This document shows, piece after piece, positions 23,378 to 32,900 of a stretch of 59,356 bases of DNA (position 1 is its first letter; each line of letters opens with the position of its first letter). The notes under the pieces were generated by a model. It had not been told where the DNA came from. It was given only the letters and a program-made list of their open reading frames with translations, and ran no database searches. A program made the translations under genes and the position numbers. Where the stretch lies: IMG/VR virus record IMGVR_UViG_3300044492_000038. One strand, given 5' to 3'. The DNA is from a virus.

Positions 23378-23983
23378 ATGCCCAAAATTGCACTACGCTA
23401 CACCGGCGATGATGAATCGCTCACGAAGAAGTTAGAAGCCACCGATGGTCTTCAATACTTCGAACCCATCGACGCACGCGAAGTTCTCTCGACGCCTGGA
23501 TGCGATTACGAGATCGACGAAGAGTCGCGCAAGTTGATCGGCCTGCAATTCGATCCGCGTCTGTTCGGCGGCAAGCCGGGTGATGCTGGCTCGTCTGAAG
23601 ACGAAGGCAAGGTCAACGTGCCGCAACTGCAAGGCGATGACGCCGAGTTGCAGACCGGCTTGTCAGCGGAGAAGTATGGCCGCAGTCAAGTTGTCAAGGC
23701 GGTGCCCGATGCATCGACGCCCACGGCAATGCGCCCGATGACGACATCGGGTCGCTCGCTGGACCTCGACGAAGCGCAGAGCGGCAAGGGTGCGGGCTCT
23801 GGTGATCCGCGCATGGGTTTCCAGCAAGCCAAAGAAGAAGACACCGGGCAAGGTGGTCGTGCTTCTGAAGGCAAGACCGCTGACGAAATGAGAGAAGCAC
23901 TCAAGGCCAAGGGAGTGCAGTTCCCGCCCGATGCGAAGAAGGCAGAACTCGCGGAATTGGTCGACCGTCACAACGCACGCTAA
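23378..23983 (+). CDS. Hypothetical virion-module protein with C-terminal HeH/SAP-like motif
   Basis: 201 aa from the internal ATG after AAGGGGAAACAC. The C-terminus reads TADEMREALKAKGVQFPPDAKKAELAELV. Confidence 0.6.
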   Translation: MPKIALRYTGDDESLTKKLEATDGLQYFEPIDAREVLSTPGCDYEIDEESRKLIGLQFDPRLFGGKPGDAGSSEDEGKVNVPQLQGDDAELQTGLSAEKYGRSQVVKAVPDASTPTAMRPMTTSGRSLDLDEAQSGKGAGSGDPRMGFQQAKEEDTGQGGRASEGKTADEMREALKAKGVQFPPDAKKAELAELVDRHNAR

Positions 23984-24043
23984 TGTGCCGTGACTTCGCA
24001 TCGAGCTAAAACTCGAATCCTGAAACATCAAGGAGATTTATTC

Positions 24044-24289
24044 ATGGCAAAACCAGACGAACCCGGCTCGCAAGGCCGAAGCAATGCACCCGGTCAAGGC
24101 GGCGGCGCACCCGGCAAGAGCGGCGAACCTGGGCGCGGTCACTCGCCCGAAGCGAAGGCAGAACGTGCGGCGCGTCGCGCAAAGGGTGAAGATGTGCCCG
24201 AGCCACCGGAAGACGAAGGTCTTGATCCTGGCAACCCATCGCAGGCACCGGGCGGCGACGAGCCGCAAGTGAACCCGCTGAAGAAGTGA
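24044..24289 (+). CDS. Gly/Pro-rich hypothetical protein (81 aa)
   Basis: AAGGAGATTTATTC precedes the ATG. Confidence 0.5.
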   Translation: MAKPDEPGSQGRSNAPGQGGGAPGKSGEPGRGHSPEAKAERAARRAKGEDVPEPPEDEGLDPGNPSQAPGGDEPQVNPLKK

Positions 24290-24306
24290 ACCCGCTGAAG
24301 AAGTGA
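24269..24306 (+). repeat. Tandem duplication of a 17-bp unit (GTGAACCCGCTGAAGAA x2 + GTGA) across a stop codon
   Basis: Read directly from the sequence. Confidence 0.9.
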
Positions 24307-24340
24307 TCTCCTGTGACCGATGTTGGTCGGTCGTAAGTTA

Positions 24341-24366
24341 CTCCGGACTTCGGTCCGGAGGTTTTT
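24341..24366 (+). terminator. Canonical Rho-independent terminator (TTCG tetraloop)
   Basis: CTCCGGAC-TTCG-GTCCGGAG followed by GTTTTT. Confidence 0.85.
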
Positions 24367-24382
24367 GATCGAGAGGCTCAAG

Positions 24383-24736
24383 ATGAACACTGCAAAGAAA
24401 GCGACGACGGACAAGTCGAGAGGGCAATCGAGCAATGCCATCATTGACGATGAAGCAGCGCTCGTCGAGAAGATTGCCAACGACATCAAGCCGTCGTCCG
24501 ATGTTGAACGGCAAGGCATGAAGGCATTGCCTGCATACGCGAGCGAAGCACCCAACGGCGCACCGTCGCAGGGACCGAATGAAGAATTCGGTATGACTGC
24601 CGTCATCGACAGCACCGTTCCCGAAGACGCTGAAGCGACTGTGCGCATGGTGAGTGCTGACGGCGTCGAAGCAGAGATGAGCGTTGCCAACGCGAAGATG
24701 CATGAGCGCTCGGGTTGGAAGAAGGTTGAGGATTGA
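24383..24736 (+). CDS. Hypothetical protein (117 aa)
   Basis: Internal ATG follows GAGAGGCTCAAG. Confidence 0.55.
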   Translation: MNTAKKATTDKSRGQSSNAIIDDEAALVEKIANDIKPSSDVERQGMKALPAYASEAPNGAPSQGPNEEFGMTAVIDSTVPEDAEATVRMVSADGVEAEMSVANAKMHERSGWKKVED

Positions 24737-24742
24737 AGCATC

Positions 24743-25195
24743 ATGCCTGTAGCCGTCTATCCGGCTCCTGGCTATGACAGCTTCATCAGCCTAGAGGACG
24801 CAAATGTCTACCTAGCGAGTCTTGGATACGCGCAGTGGATTAACGAAACCGTTCCCATGCGCGAAGCAGCACTACGGCGCGGGACGCAATACGTGTTCTC
24901 GCGCCGTCTTGTATCAGATGCGCTATGGGATTTTGATGTGCACCCGAATGTGCAGCGTGTGCATCCTAACGTCGCGGCGGCGACGGCAGAAGCAGCGATC
25001 CGCCACATCAACGGTAGCTTGTATCGCGATGTCGATGCTGCGCCGGTTGTGCAAAAGACTGTCGGACCGCTCACGCTGCGGTACGGCACGCCTTCGTATG
25101 GCGGGCAAATGAAGTTTCCTGTGATCGAAGACTTGCTCTTCGGTCTTGTGTATACCGGCGCAGGCTATGGGCCTGTGACCTTTGAGAGAGCGTGA
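24743..25195 (+). CDS. Head-tail connector/adaptor (gp6-/DnaT-like)
   Basis: 150 aa with SFISLEDANVYL...REAALRRGTQYV, typical of head-tail adaptors. Position also fits. Confidence 0.6.
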   Translation: MPVAVYPAPGYDSFISLEDANVYLASLGYAQWINETVPMREAALRRGTQYVFSRRLVSDALWDFDVHPNVQRVHPNVAAATAEAAIRHINGSLYRDVDAAPVVQKTVGPLTLRYGTPSYGGQMKFPVIEDLLFGLVYTGAGYGPVTFERA

Positions 25196-25566
25196 TGGCG
25201 TCTGCACTGTATGGCGAACTCGCACAAGCAGCGGTTGACTTGCTCAATGAGCTAGGGCAACTCGTGCTTCTGTCTCGCCCAGGTGAAGGCGGCGGTTATG
25301 ACCCTGACAGCGGCGTCGTTGACGAAGAAGCTGTCGAAGTATGGAGTGCAAGCGGTGTTGAATTCGACTATCAGCAACGTGAGGTCGACGGTTCTCTCAT
25401 ACAGAGTGGAGATCGTCGCGTGCTTATTGCTCCTGATTTGGGCACGATGCCGCAGAGCGGTGATGTCATCACGCTTGGCGTATATCGTCTCGAAGTGGTG
25501 GTGTCACGCCCGCTACAACCTGCTGGCGTAGTCGTGCTGCACGAAGTACAAGCGAGAGGCACATGA
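25192..25566 (+). CDS. Head-closure/head-tail joining protein
   Basis: 124 aa with an ATGA overlap. The call rests on position and size. Confidence 0.5.
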   Translation: MMASALYGELAQAAVDLLNELGQLVLLSRPGEGGGYDPDSGVVDEEAVEVWSASGVEFDYQQREVDGSLIQSGDRRVLIAPDLGTMPQSGDVITLGVYRLEVVVSRPLQPAGVVVLHEVQARGT

Positions 25567-25982
25567 GTTTTTCTGACGACATCAGGGCATTCCAGCGCAA
25601 GACAAACTTGTCAATGGATTTGATCGTGCGCAAAGTTGTCATTGACATGAGCGTTGCTATCACTCGCATGTCGCCAGTGGACACAGGCCGGTTTCGCGCA
25701 AACTGGATGCTCGGCATCGGCTCGCCGAATACAGCGACGATTGAAGCGGTCGATAAAAACGACGGCTTCGGTGCGGTCGGGTCGGTATCTGTTCCACGTA
25801 TCACCGCTGCGGTTGGTGATGTGCAAGCGGGCGGTGTCGTCTACATCACTAACTCATTGCCATACGCTAGGCGTCTGGAATACGGTTGGTCGAAGCAGGC
25901 ACCGTCGCCACCGGGTATCGTGCGCCTGACGGTGCAACGCTATGAAGCGTACATCGCGGCAGCGGTGAAGAGTCTCAAATGA
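25563..25982 (+). CDS. HK97 gp10-like neck/tail-completion protein
   Basis: 139 aa with SPVDTGRFRANW...ITNSLPYARRLEYGWSKQAP. Confidence 0.7.
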   Translation: MSFSDDIRAFQRKTNLSMDLIVRKVVIDMSVAITRMSPVDTGRFRANWMLGIGSPNTATIEAVDKNDGFGAVGSVSVPRITAAVGDVQAGGVVYITNSLPYARRLEYGWSKQAPSPPGIVRLTVQRYEAYIAAAVKSLK

Positions 25983-26389
25983 GCTTGCCGCAAATACGTC
26001 GAGCCCTTGAGAAGCATCTTGCGGCTCTTGCACCGGCTCTGCCTACGTCATGGGATAACGTGGGGTTCTCGCCACCGGCTGATGGCTCGGTGTATCAAGA
26101 GGCGAAGCTCGTGCCCAATGAGCCTAACGGCGAGATGATGGATACGCTCACCTATATCGAGCAAGGTTTTCTTCAAGTTGCGTTGTGCTATCCGCAGGGT
26201 AAGGGTCCAAGGGACGCTGAGAATCGAGTCGACGCATTGCGTAGGCACTTTCGTCGAGGCACAACTCTGATCGAAGGCGGTGTCGTAACGGAAATCGTTC
26301 GTATACCTGCTGTCGCGAGTGGCGTGCCCGATGAGGGACAGTGGAAAGTTCCGGTGACTATTTACTGGCAAGCGCAAGTAAGTAGTTAA
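25979..26389 (+). CDS. Tail terminator-like protein
   Basis: 136 aa with an ATGA overlap, directly upstream of the tail tube gene. Confidence 0.55.
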   Translation: MSLPQIRRALEKHLAALAPALPTSWDNVGFSPPADGSVYQEAKLVPNEPNGEMMDTLTYIEQGFLQVALCYPQGKGPRDAENRVDALRRHFRRGTTLIEGGVVTEIVRIPAVASGVPDEGQWKVPVTIYWQAQVSS

Positions 26390-26419
26390 AGATCAACGTC
26401 GTTCTTTGAGGACACAATC

Positions 26420-27646
26420 ATGGCAATCGCAAAGGGTGCAAATAAGCTCTTAATCATGAAGCGGCAAACTGCGAAGGGCACACTCGCTGTCGCTGGCACA
26501 GGTGGGCAGATCATACGTCGCGACACGTCGACATTCGACCGCTCGAAAGAGTCGTACACAACCGAGTCCGAGCAAACATCACGCAAGCAATTGATGTCGT
26601 CGCGTCATGGCGCAGTGACAGTCAACGGCTCGCTGTCTGCGCTGTTTTCTCCTGGCACATACGCGGACTTCTTCGCTGCGTTGCTGATGCGCGAGTTCAC
26701 CGCGATTGCGAACATCACCGGCATAACGGCGAGTGTTTCGGGCACCGGCCCGACGTACACCATCACACGCACGACGGGCTCGTGGCTCACAGACGGTGCG
26801 AAGATCGGGCGCGTCATTCGTCCGATTGCGGGCCTTGCTGCGGGCTCGCGCAGGAACATGCTGATCGTCGGTGTGCCGACAGCAACGACGCTCACAGTGA
26901 TACCGCTCAATCGCAAAGCGCCTGTCACTGAAACAGCGGTCCCGGCAAGCTCGTTCATGTTCCCAGGTGGCATCACGTTTGTGCCTGAGACGGGGCACAC
27001 CGACATCTACTACACCGCTGAAGAATGGTTTCCCGAAGTGCCGCGCAGTCAACGCAATCAGGACTGCAAGGCCGCATCGGTGAACGTGCGTCTGCCTGGG
27101 TCGGGCAACGCCGGTCTTGATTGGTCATTCCTGGGCCTGGATCAATCGAAGGATGTGACGCGATACTTCACCACTCCGGTGAATGAAACGACAACCGGCG
27201 TCATGGTTGCCGCAGGCGGTGCGTTGATCGTGAACGGCACACGACGCGGTACGGTGACTGATCTCTCGTTGAATCTCGACGCTCGCGGCGCGGTTGCTGA
27301 CCCTGTCGTCGGCGACAACATCCGGCCCGACGTGTTCACGGGTAAGCTGATGGCGAGCGGTAGCTTCACGGCTTACTATGACAGCGCAGAAATTCCCGAT
27401 CTATACGACGATGAAGTCGAGACGAGCATCGTGTCGGCACTTGCGGCAAGCAACGCAGACACAGCGGAGTTCAACACGTTCGCGTTGCACAAGGTAAAGC
27501 TCAATTCGAGCACGCCTGATGACGTTGAAACAGGGCTCAAGCGCACGTATAACTTCGTCGCGCTGTATAACGATGTCGGCGGACCGACACTCGTGGCGAA
27601 CGCAACCACAATCGAGCTTCAAGACAGCGCGGTTGTTCCTTCGTAA
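26420..27646 (+). CDS. Major tail (tube) protein
   Basis: 408 aa with an N-terminal tail-tube-like pattern (..SKESYTTESEQTSRKQL..G.VTVNGSLSALFSPGTYADFFAALL). Position also fits. Confidence 0.7.
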   Translation: MAIAKGANKLLIMKRQTAKGTLAVAGTGGQIIRRDTSTFDRSKESYTTESEQTSRKQLMSSRHGAVTVNGSLSALFSPGTYADFFAALLMREFTAIANITGITASVSGTGPTYTITRTTGSWLTDGAKIGRVIRPIAGLAAGSRRNMLIVGVPTATTLTVIPLNRKAPVTETAVPASSFMFPGGITFVPETGHTDIYYTAEEWFPEVPRSQRNQDCKAASVNVRLPGSGNAGLDWSFLGLDQSKDVTRYFTTPVNETTTGVMVAAGGALIVNGTRRGTVTDLSLNLDARGAVADPVVGDNIRPDVFTGKLMASGSFTAYYDSAEIPDLYDDEVETSIVSALAASNADTAEFNTFALHKVKLNSSTPDDVETGLKRTYNFVALYNDVGGPTLVANATTIELQDSAVVPS

Positions 27647-27670
27647 TTTCAAACACACAGGAGAACAGCT

Positions 27671-29155
27671 ATGGCCGAAGGCGACAAGCTCACAGGTACG
27701 TTCGTCGGGACGTTCACAGGTACGTTCACCGCTTCTGCGTCGCCTGGGCCTGCGCCGTCGCCTGCGCCGTCGCCCACTCCTGCACCATCACCGACACCGG
27801 CACCGCCTGCGGTCCCGTCTGAGAGTCCGAATGGCGCAACGATACCGCCCAATGTGCTATTGGTCGACGGCTTCGGGCACAAGTGGACGGTTCTCGACGG
27901 TGTCATTCAACGCAATGGCACGGCAACCATATCGGCGAACGTGAAGACGTTGCTGTATTTCGGCGGCGCGATCTATCAGACGAATGAGGCGGGCGGTTGG
28001 TGGAGGTGGAACGTGAATCAATGGGAGAATTCATCCGATCCACGTGCGGCAGCACCGTCGCCATCTCCTGCGCCTGGACCTTCACCGGCACCGCCACCAT
28101 CACAAGGCGTGCCTGACATTGCCAACATGGCTCGACATCCCGGCGACATGCTCGAAGTCGGCAAGTTCTGGATTTACGATAACCGCTGGGGCTCTCGTGG
28201 ATTATCCGAAGGCGGCGCGTCGCATCAGTACACGCAAGAAGTCGAGCGAGCGCTGACGCCTTCTTCATCGGGCGCTATCGCTTTCCGCATCAAGTGGAAG
28301 TGGCCCGAGTTCGATCAATCGGGCGCGAAGGTCAATGACAATCCGGCATACGGTGAAGTCAAGGGCTATCCCTGCGCGATCTACGGTCCGCCACCTGGGC
28401 TGCAAGGTCCGGATCAATATCCCGGCTGGGTCGTTGCTGTGCGTGCGGCTGATGGCGTCACGGTGCCGAATCCGCCTGCCGGTGCGCCGACAGATGTCGT
28501 GCGCGAGTGGCAACCGAAGGGCGGCTCGGTCATTCGACGCGTGCCTTCGAGTTGTGCACCTGGGCATCATCTGCCTAAGCGCCTGGGCATGCCTGACGGT
28601 TCAATCGTCGCCGACTTGAAGTGGAAGAAGACCACTGCAACAGGCAGAGGGCATCTGTCCTTTGACATCTGGCTTCAAGAGACACCCGATCAAGTGCACG
28701 GTTTCCCGAATACGTCGATCACGCACGAGATCATGATACCCGTGGGCAATTGGGGCACCTATGGGCGGCATCCAAACGGGCGCAATCCCGGTTGGTATAG
28801 CCACGACACCACTATCGACGGTGTTGTCTATCACGTGTACTTCGCGGGCGAAGGCTATTCATTCATGAATGGAACGCTCTCCGGTAAGTATGCGAACGAA
28901 GAGAAAGGCGGACAGCGCACGGGTTGGAAGTTCATTATCTTTCAACACGACGGCGACGATCATCCGAAGGGCGCGGACGGCAATATTCACTTGGACTTCT
29001 CGAAGTTCTTCGCGCACATGCAGACGCGCAAGGCCAAAGATGGCAAGCCATTCGTGCGCGGCACTGAATACTGCACCAATGTTCAACTTGGCGTTGAGAT
29101 GGTGTACGGCAACGGCGACTTAACTATCTACGACTTCAACGTCACAGGAAAGTAA
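27671..29155 (+). CDS. Virion-module protein with C-terminal GH12-like glycoside hydrolase domain
   Basis: 494 aa with GTF repeats, (PAPS)n linkers and a small N-terminal domain. The rest aligns by eye to GH12 Cel12A: FWIYDNRWGS, KWKW..VKGYP, SFDIW..THEIMIP, FIIFQ, LDFSKFF..VQLGVEMVYG. Confidence 0.65.
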   Translation: MAEGDKLTGTFVGTFTGTFTASASPGPAPSPAPSPTPAPSPTPAPPAVPSESPNGATIPPNVLLVDGFGHKWTVLDGVIQRNGTATISANVKTLLYFGGAIYQTNEAGGWWRWNVNQWENSSDPRAAAPSPSPAPGPSPAPPPSQGVPDIANMARHPGDMLEVGKFWIYDNRWGSRGLSEGGASHQYTQEVERALTPSSSGAIAFRIKWKWPEFDQSGAKVNDNPAYGEVKGYPCAIYGPPPGLQGPDQYPGWVVAVRAADGVTVPNPPAGAPTDVVREWQPKGGSVIRRVPSSCAPGHHLPKRLGMPDGSIVADLKWKKTTATGRGHLSFDIWLQETPDQVHGFPNTSITHEIMIPVGNWGTYGRHPNGRNPGWYSHDTTIDGVVYHVYFAGEGYSFMNGTLSGKYANEEKGGQRTGWKFIIFQHDGDDHPKGADGNIHLDFSKFFAHMQTRKAKDGKPFVRGTEYCTNVQLGVEMVYGNGDLTIYDFNVTGK

Positions 29156-29629
29156 ATGGAACTAGATCAAGTACAGGAAGAACCGGGCACGCAGCGTGTT
29201 GCTATTGCCTGGGATGAAGATGGCGAACCGACAGACGGCTTCATCATCGTGGGCAAGGACTCGGACGAGTATCAACGCACGATCTCGGGGCAGCGGCAGA
29301 AGGCCATTCGTCGGCAGGCGGTGAAGCGCACACGCTTCGACTTGAAGAGCGAAGAAGGTGCAGAGCAACTCGATGCCACGTTGCGTCAAAATGAATTCGA
29401 GGTTGCCGCTGCTGTTGTCGTCGGTTGGTTTGGCTTCACTGTCAACGGTCAGGCTGCGCCGTTCGTGCGCGAACGCGTGACGCAGATACTCGCGGTGAAG
29501 CCAAGTTGGAAAGACCGCATCCTTGCCGCGTTGGAGGATGAAGCGGCTTTTTTGAAGGGCTCGCCGACAAAATCTGCGAGTTCGTCGAAGCCAGTGCTCG
29601 CGGTGGCAAAAGAGGTAAAGACGGCATAG
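29156..29629 (+). CDS. Tail assembly chaperone (G-like)
   Basis: 157 aa between the tube and tape-measure genes. It contains the slippery site. Confidence 0.7.
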   Translation: MELDQVQEEPGTQRVAIAWDEDGEPTDGFIIVGKDSDEYQRTISGQRQKAIRRQAVKRTRFDLKSEEGAEQLDATLRQNEFEVAAAVVVGWFGFTVNGQAAPFVRERVTQILAVKPSWKDRILAALEDEAAFLKGSPTKSASSSKPVLAVAKEVKTA

Positions 29630-29949
29630 CGCTGTATGAGACGCTTGCTGTTGTTGAAAGGATGACGGGTGTTGCTCCTGACGAACTTGTTGAACTACGA
29701 AGCCATGAGTTGCCTCCTGGGACTGATTATCTCTGGGAGTGGTTTTCTCGTCTCAGTTCAACGCGCACACCGGGCTTCGGGCTTGCGGCTATCACAGAGA
29801 CAGAGTTGTGCTCGTTCTTTCGCAATCGGCAGATCGTTCCTACACGATGGGAATTTGATCTACTCGTTCGCATGGACAAGACTTTGCGCGAAGCGTCTGA
29901 TGATGACAAGCCGCAAGAGCGCGATGACGACGCCGATGTCGAAGGGTAA
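29156..29949 (+). CDS. Tail assembly chaperone GT-like fusion (-1 frameshift product)
   Basis: The downstream ORF 29662-29949 lies in the -1 frame relative to 29156-29629. Confidence 0.6.
29548..29554 (+). promoter_or_regulatory. Slippery heptamer T TTT TTG for a -1 programmed frameshift
   Basis: Zero-frame codons are GCT TTT TTG. The -1 frame has no stop from here to 29949 by hand translation. Confidence 0.65.
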
Positions 29950-29952
29950 GTC

Positions 29953-32900
29953 ATGGACATAACAACACTCGGCATCGGCATCGACTCACGACAGGTCGAT
30001 GAAGGTCGGCAATCGCTGGACAACTTCACGCGTGCCGCAGGCAGGGCAGAAGATGCCGCCGAAGGTGTCGGCAAAGGCGCGAAGAAGGGCGCGAGTGATG
30101 TAAAGAGTTTCGAAGATCAAATGACTGCGGCTGCGGTCAAGGGTGCTCTCTTTGCTGATGCTATTCAGAAGGGTGTGCAGATGGCAATTGATGCCGTCAA
30201 GCAACTCTATGCATTGATGGCGGAAGCAGGCGATTACGCAGACCTTGCCGACATGACGGGCGCTTCAGCGGTCAACATCGCGAAGCTACAGACTGCGGCA
30301 GATGTGGCCGGTATATCCATGCAAGGCATGGCAGGTCACATGAATGCGATGACGCGCATACTCAAGTCGACTGATGAAGAAGGCGACAAGGCTGCGAGAG
30401 CGTTAGCGCGTATCAACATCAACTATGAAGACTTTATAAAGCTGGACCCGGCAGAGCGTGTTGCAGCGCTCGGTGTGGCGATGGGCAAGTATGCTGATGG
30501 CGTCGAGAAGACGGAAATCTTGCAAGCCATAGCGGGTCGAGGTGCCGGTGAACTAGGCAAGGCAATCAAAGTGCTTGCCGATGAAACGGCATTCGCTACG
30601 CGGCTCAATAATGAGATGATTCAATCTGTCGATGGATTGAATGATGCTAACGCTGAATTCACATCGAAGTCGCGGCAATACATTCAAGCTATTCTTGTTG
30701 GCACTGTGCCTGCAACAGAAGCGTTCAAGCTCGTTATCAAAGAGACTACCGCATCTATGTTCGGCATGGGTGATGCGGCTGATGCACTTGGCGCGAATCA
30801 AGGTGCGCACAGTTTTTCTGAAGCTGTCGGACACGGTCTTGCCGGTGCGATCACTGCATTTCAATTGATCTACAGGGTTGTCGAAAGTGTCATCAACGCA
30901 GTAGTGTCGTTGATTAAAGTCATCATCGACTTAGGTACGATGGACTTCTCTGGTGCATACAAGACGGTAGAGGATTTAGGCGAGAAGATAAAGTCGATTT
31001 GGTCCGAAGACTTCGCAGGGATTTCTTTCGGCAACACGCAAGGCTTCAAGGGAAGTTTTCAAAAGAAACTCGACATGATGTCCAAGGCGGCGAGAGAAGC
31101 TGCGGCAATGGCAGCGGGCGGCGAAGGTGCCTACGAAACGCAAGAAAAAATACGGCAAGGGCAAACCGACAAAGAAATAGCGGACGCCAAAAAGAAGGCA
31201 GAAGAACTCGCGAAGATTGCGAAGAAGGCCGCTGAAGACGCACTCAAGGCAGCGGAAAAGCAAGCCGATGACTTCGACAAGATCGTCGGCGGCGGCACCT
31301 TGAAGGCTGTTGGATACAACGACAACTTCATTGAACAGATGAAGGTTATCAACGCCGAAAGTAAGAAGCGCAACTACACCGAAGATCAGTATCGAAAGAT
31401 TGTCGATGGCTTGATCTCGCAACAGCCGTTCTACACGCAAGCCATCAAGGATCAAGCGCAGGCGGCAGAAGATTATGCTGACGCAGAGAAGAGAGCGTTC
31501 GAAGCAGCGGACAAGGATCGAGCCACTGTCTTGAAGGCGTCTGATGAAGCAGCGCTTGCGGCAGAAACAGAACTCGCGAATCGCGGCAAGTTGAAGAGTG
31601 AGATCGCAGCGACGACGTTGGCACGGCTTGAGGATTTGCGCGTCGTCAATATGTCTGACCCGGTCTTGCGCGAGTTCTATGAGCGGCAGATTGCGAATCA
31701 GAAAAGAATCATCGCGGCGATGAAGGGCATCGAAGTTGTCGATGCAGCGAAGAAGAATGCCGATGAAACAGCGAAGGCATTCGAACAAGCCTGGGAACAG
31801 ATCGGGCAATCGCTTACCGATCAATTGATGAAGGGCTCGTTGAAAGCAGCGGACCTCATAAAGAATTTATTCAAGACGATGATCCTGCGTCCGACGATCA
31901 TGGGCGCGGCGCAAGGTTTCGGTGCGAGCTTCATGGGTGGTGCGGCAAGCGGCGGTGCGGCAGGCGGCGGCGGTGGCGCATTTGGCGGTATCGGTGGCAT
32001 GGCAGGATCAGCAGCCGGATCGGCGCTGTTCGGCGGTGTCGGCACGGCTGCGGCAACGACGTACACGGGCGCAATGGCCGCTGGCCTGCCGGTGGCGAAC
32101 GCGATAGGCATGGGGGCCGGTGCGGGCCTTGCTGCTATCCCGGTGGTAGGGTGGGTTGCCTTGGCTGCGATTGCGGCCTATGCGCTCTACAAGAAGTTCG
32201 GCAAAGGTGGCGGGCCAAAGATGGAGGGCTCTGCCGGTTATTCGTCTGATACTTTGATCGGCAAGTTCGGTAATGAGATGGACTCGGGTGCCGCAAATGC
32301 CGTGAAGGATTTGAACGCGAACTATAAGAAGATGGCGCAGATGCTCGGTGCTGCGCGGCAAGATGTTCAATTCGGCGTTGGTATATCGACAGACCCGCGT
32401 GGCGACGCAGCGTCGATGGTTCAATTGATTAGTTCGCTTGGCGGTAGCTACACGAACAAGAATGTCGGACGTAGCGAAGAAGAACTCGCTGCGGAGATAG
32501 CGAAGGGTGCTGCGTTTCTGATGGTTGATGCAATTCGCAATTCTGGCATGGATGCACAGTTGCTTGCGTACTTCGACAAGATGACTGAAGGCATGACCGA
32601 TGAAATGAAGCTCGCTTCTGTTGAACAGCTTGCCGCTGTTAATGTGTATTGGAAGCAAGTGCAGGGACTCGGCGGCGTCATGAAACAGTTCGCGAATATG
32701 TCGCTCGAAGCGGCTATTCGTCTCGGCGAGCTTTCCGGTGGCATCGAGAATTTCGGTGCTAATCTCACGAGCTATGTCGCGAATTACTTATCGCCCGCAG
32801 AACAACAGTCGATGAAGTTTCAACAGATTGCCGCGCAACTTAATGAAGCGGGCTCCGGGTGGACAGGTTGGAGTGAAGCGATCTTGCGCACTTACGACAG

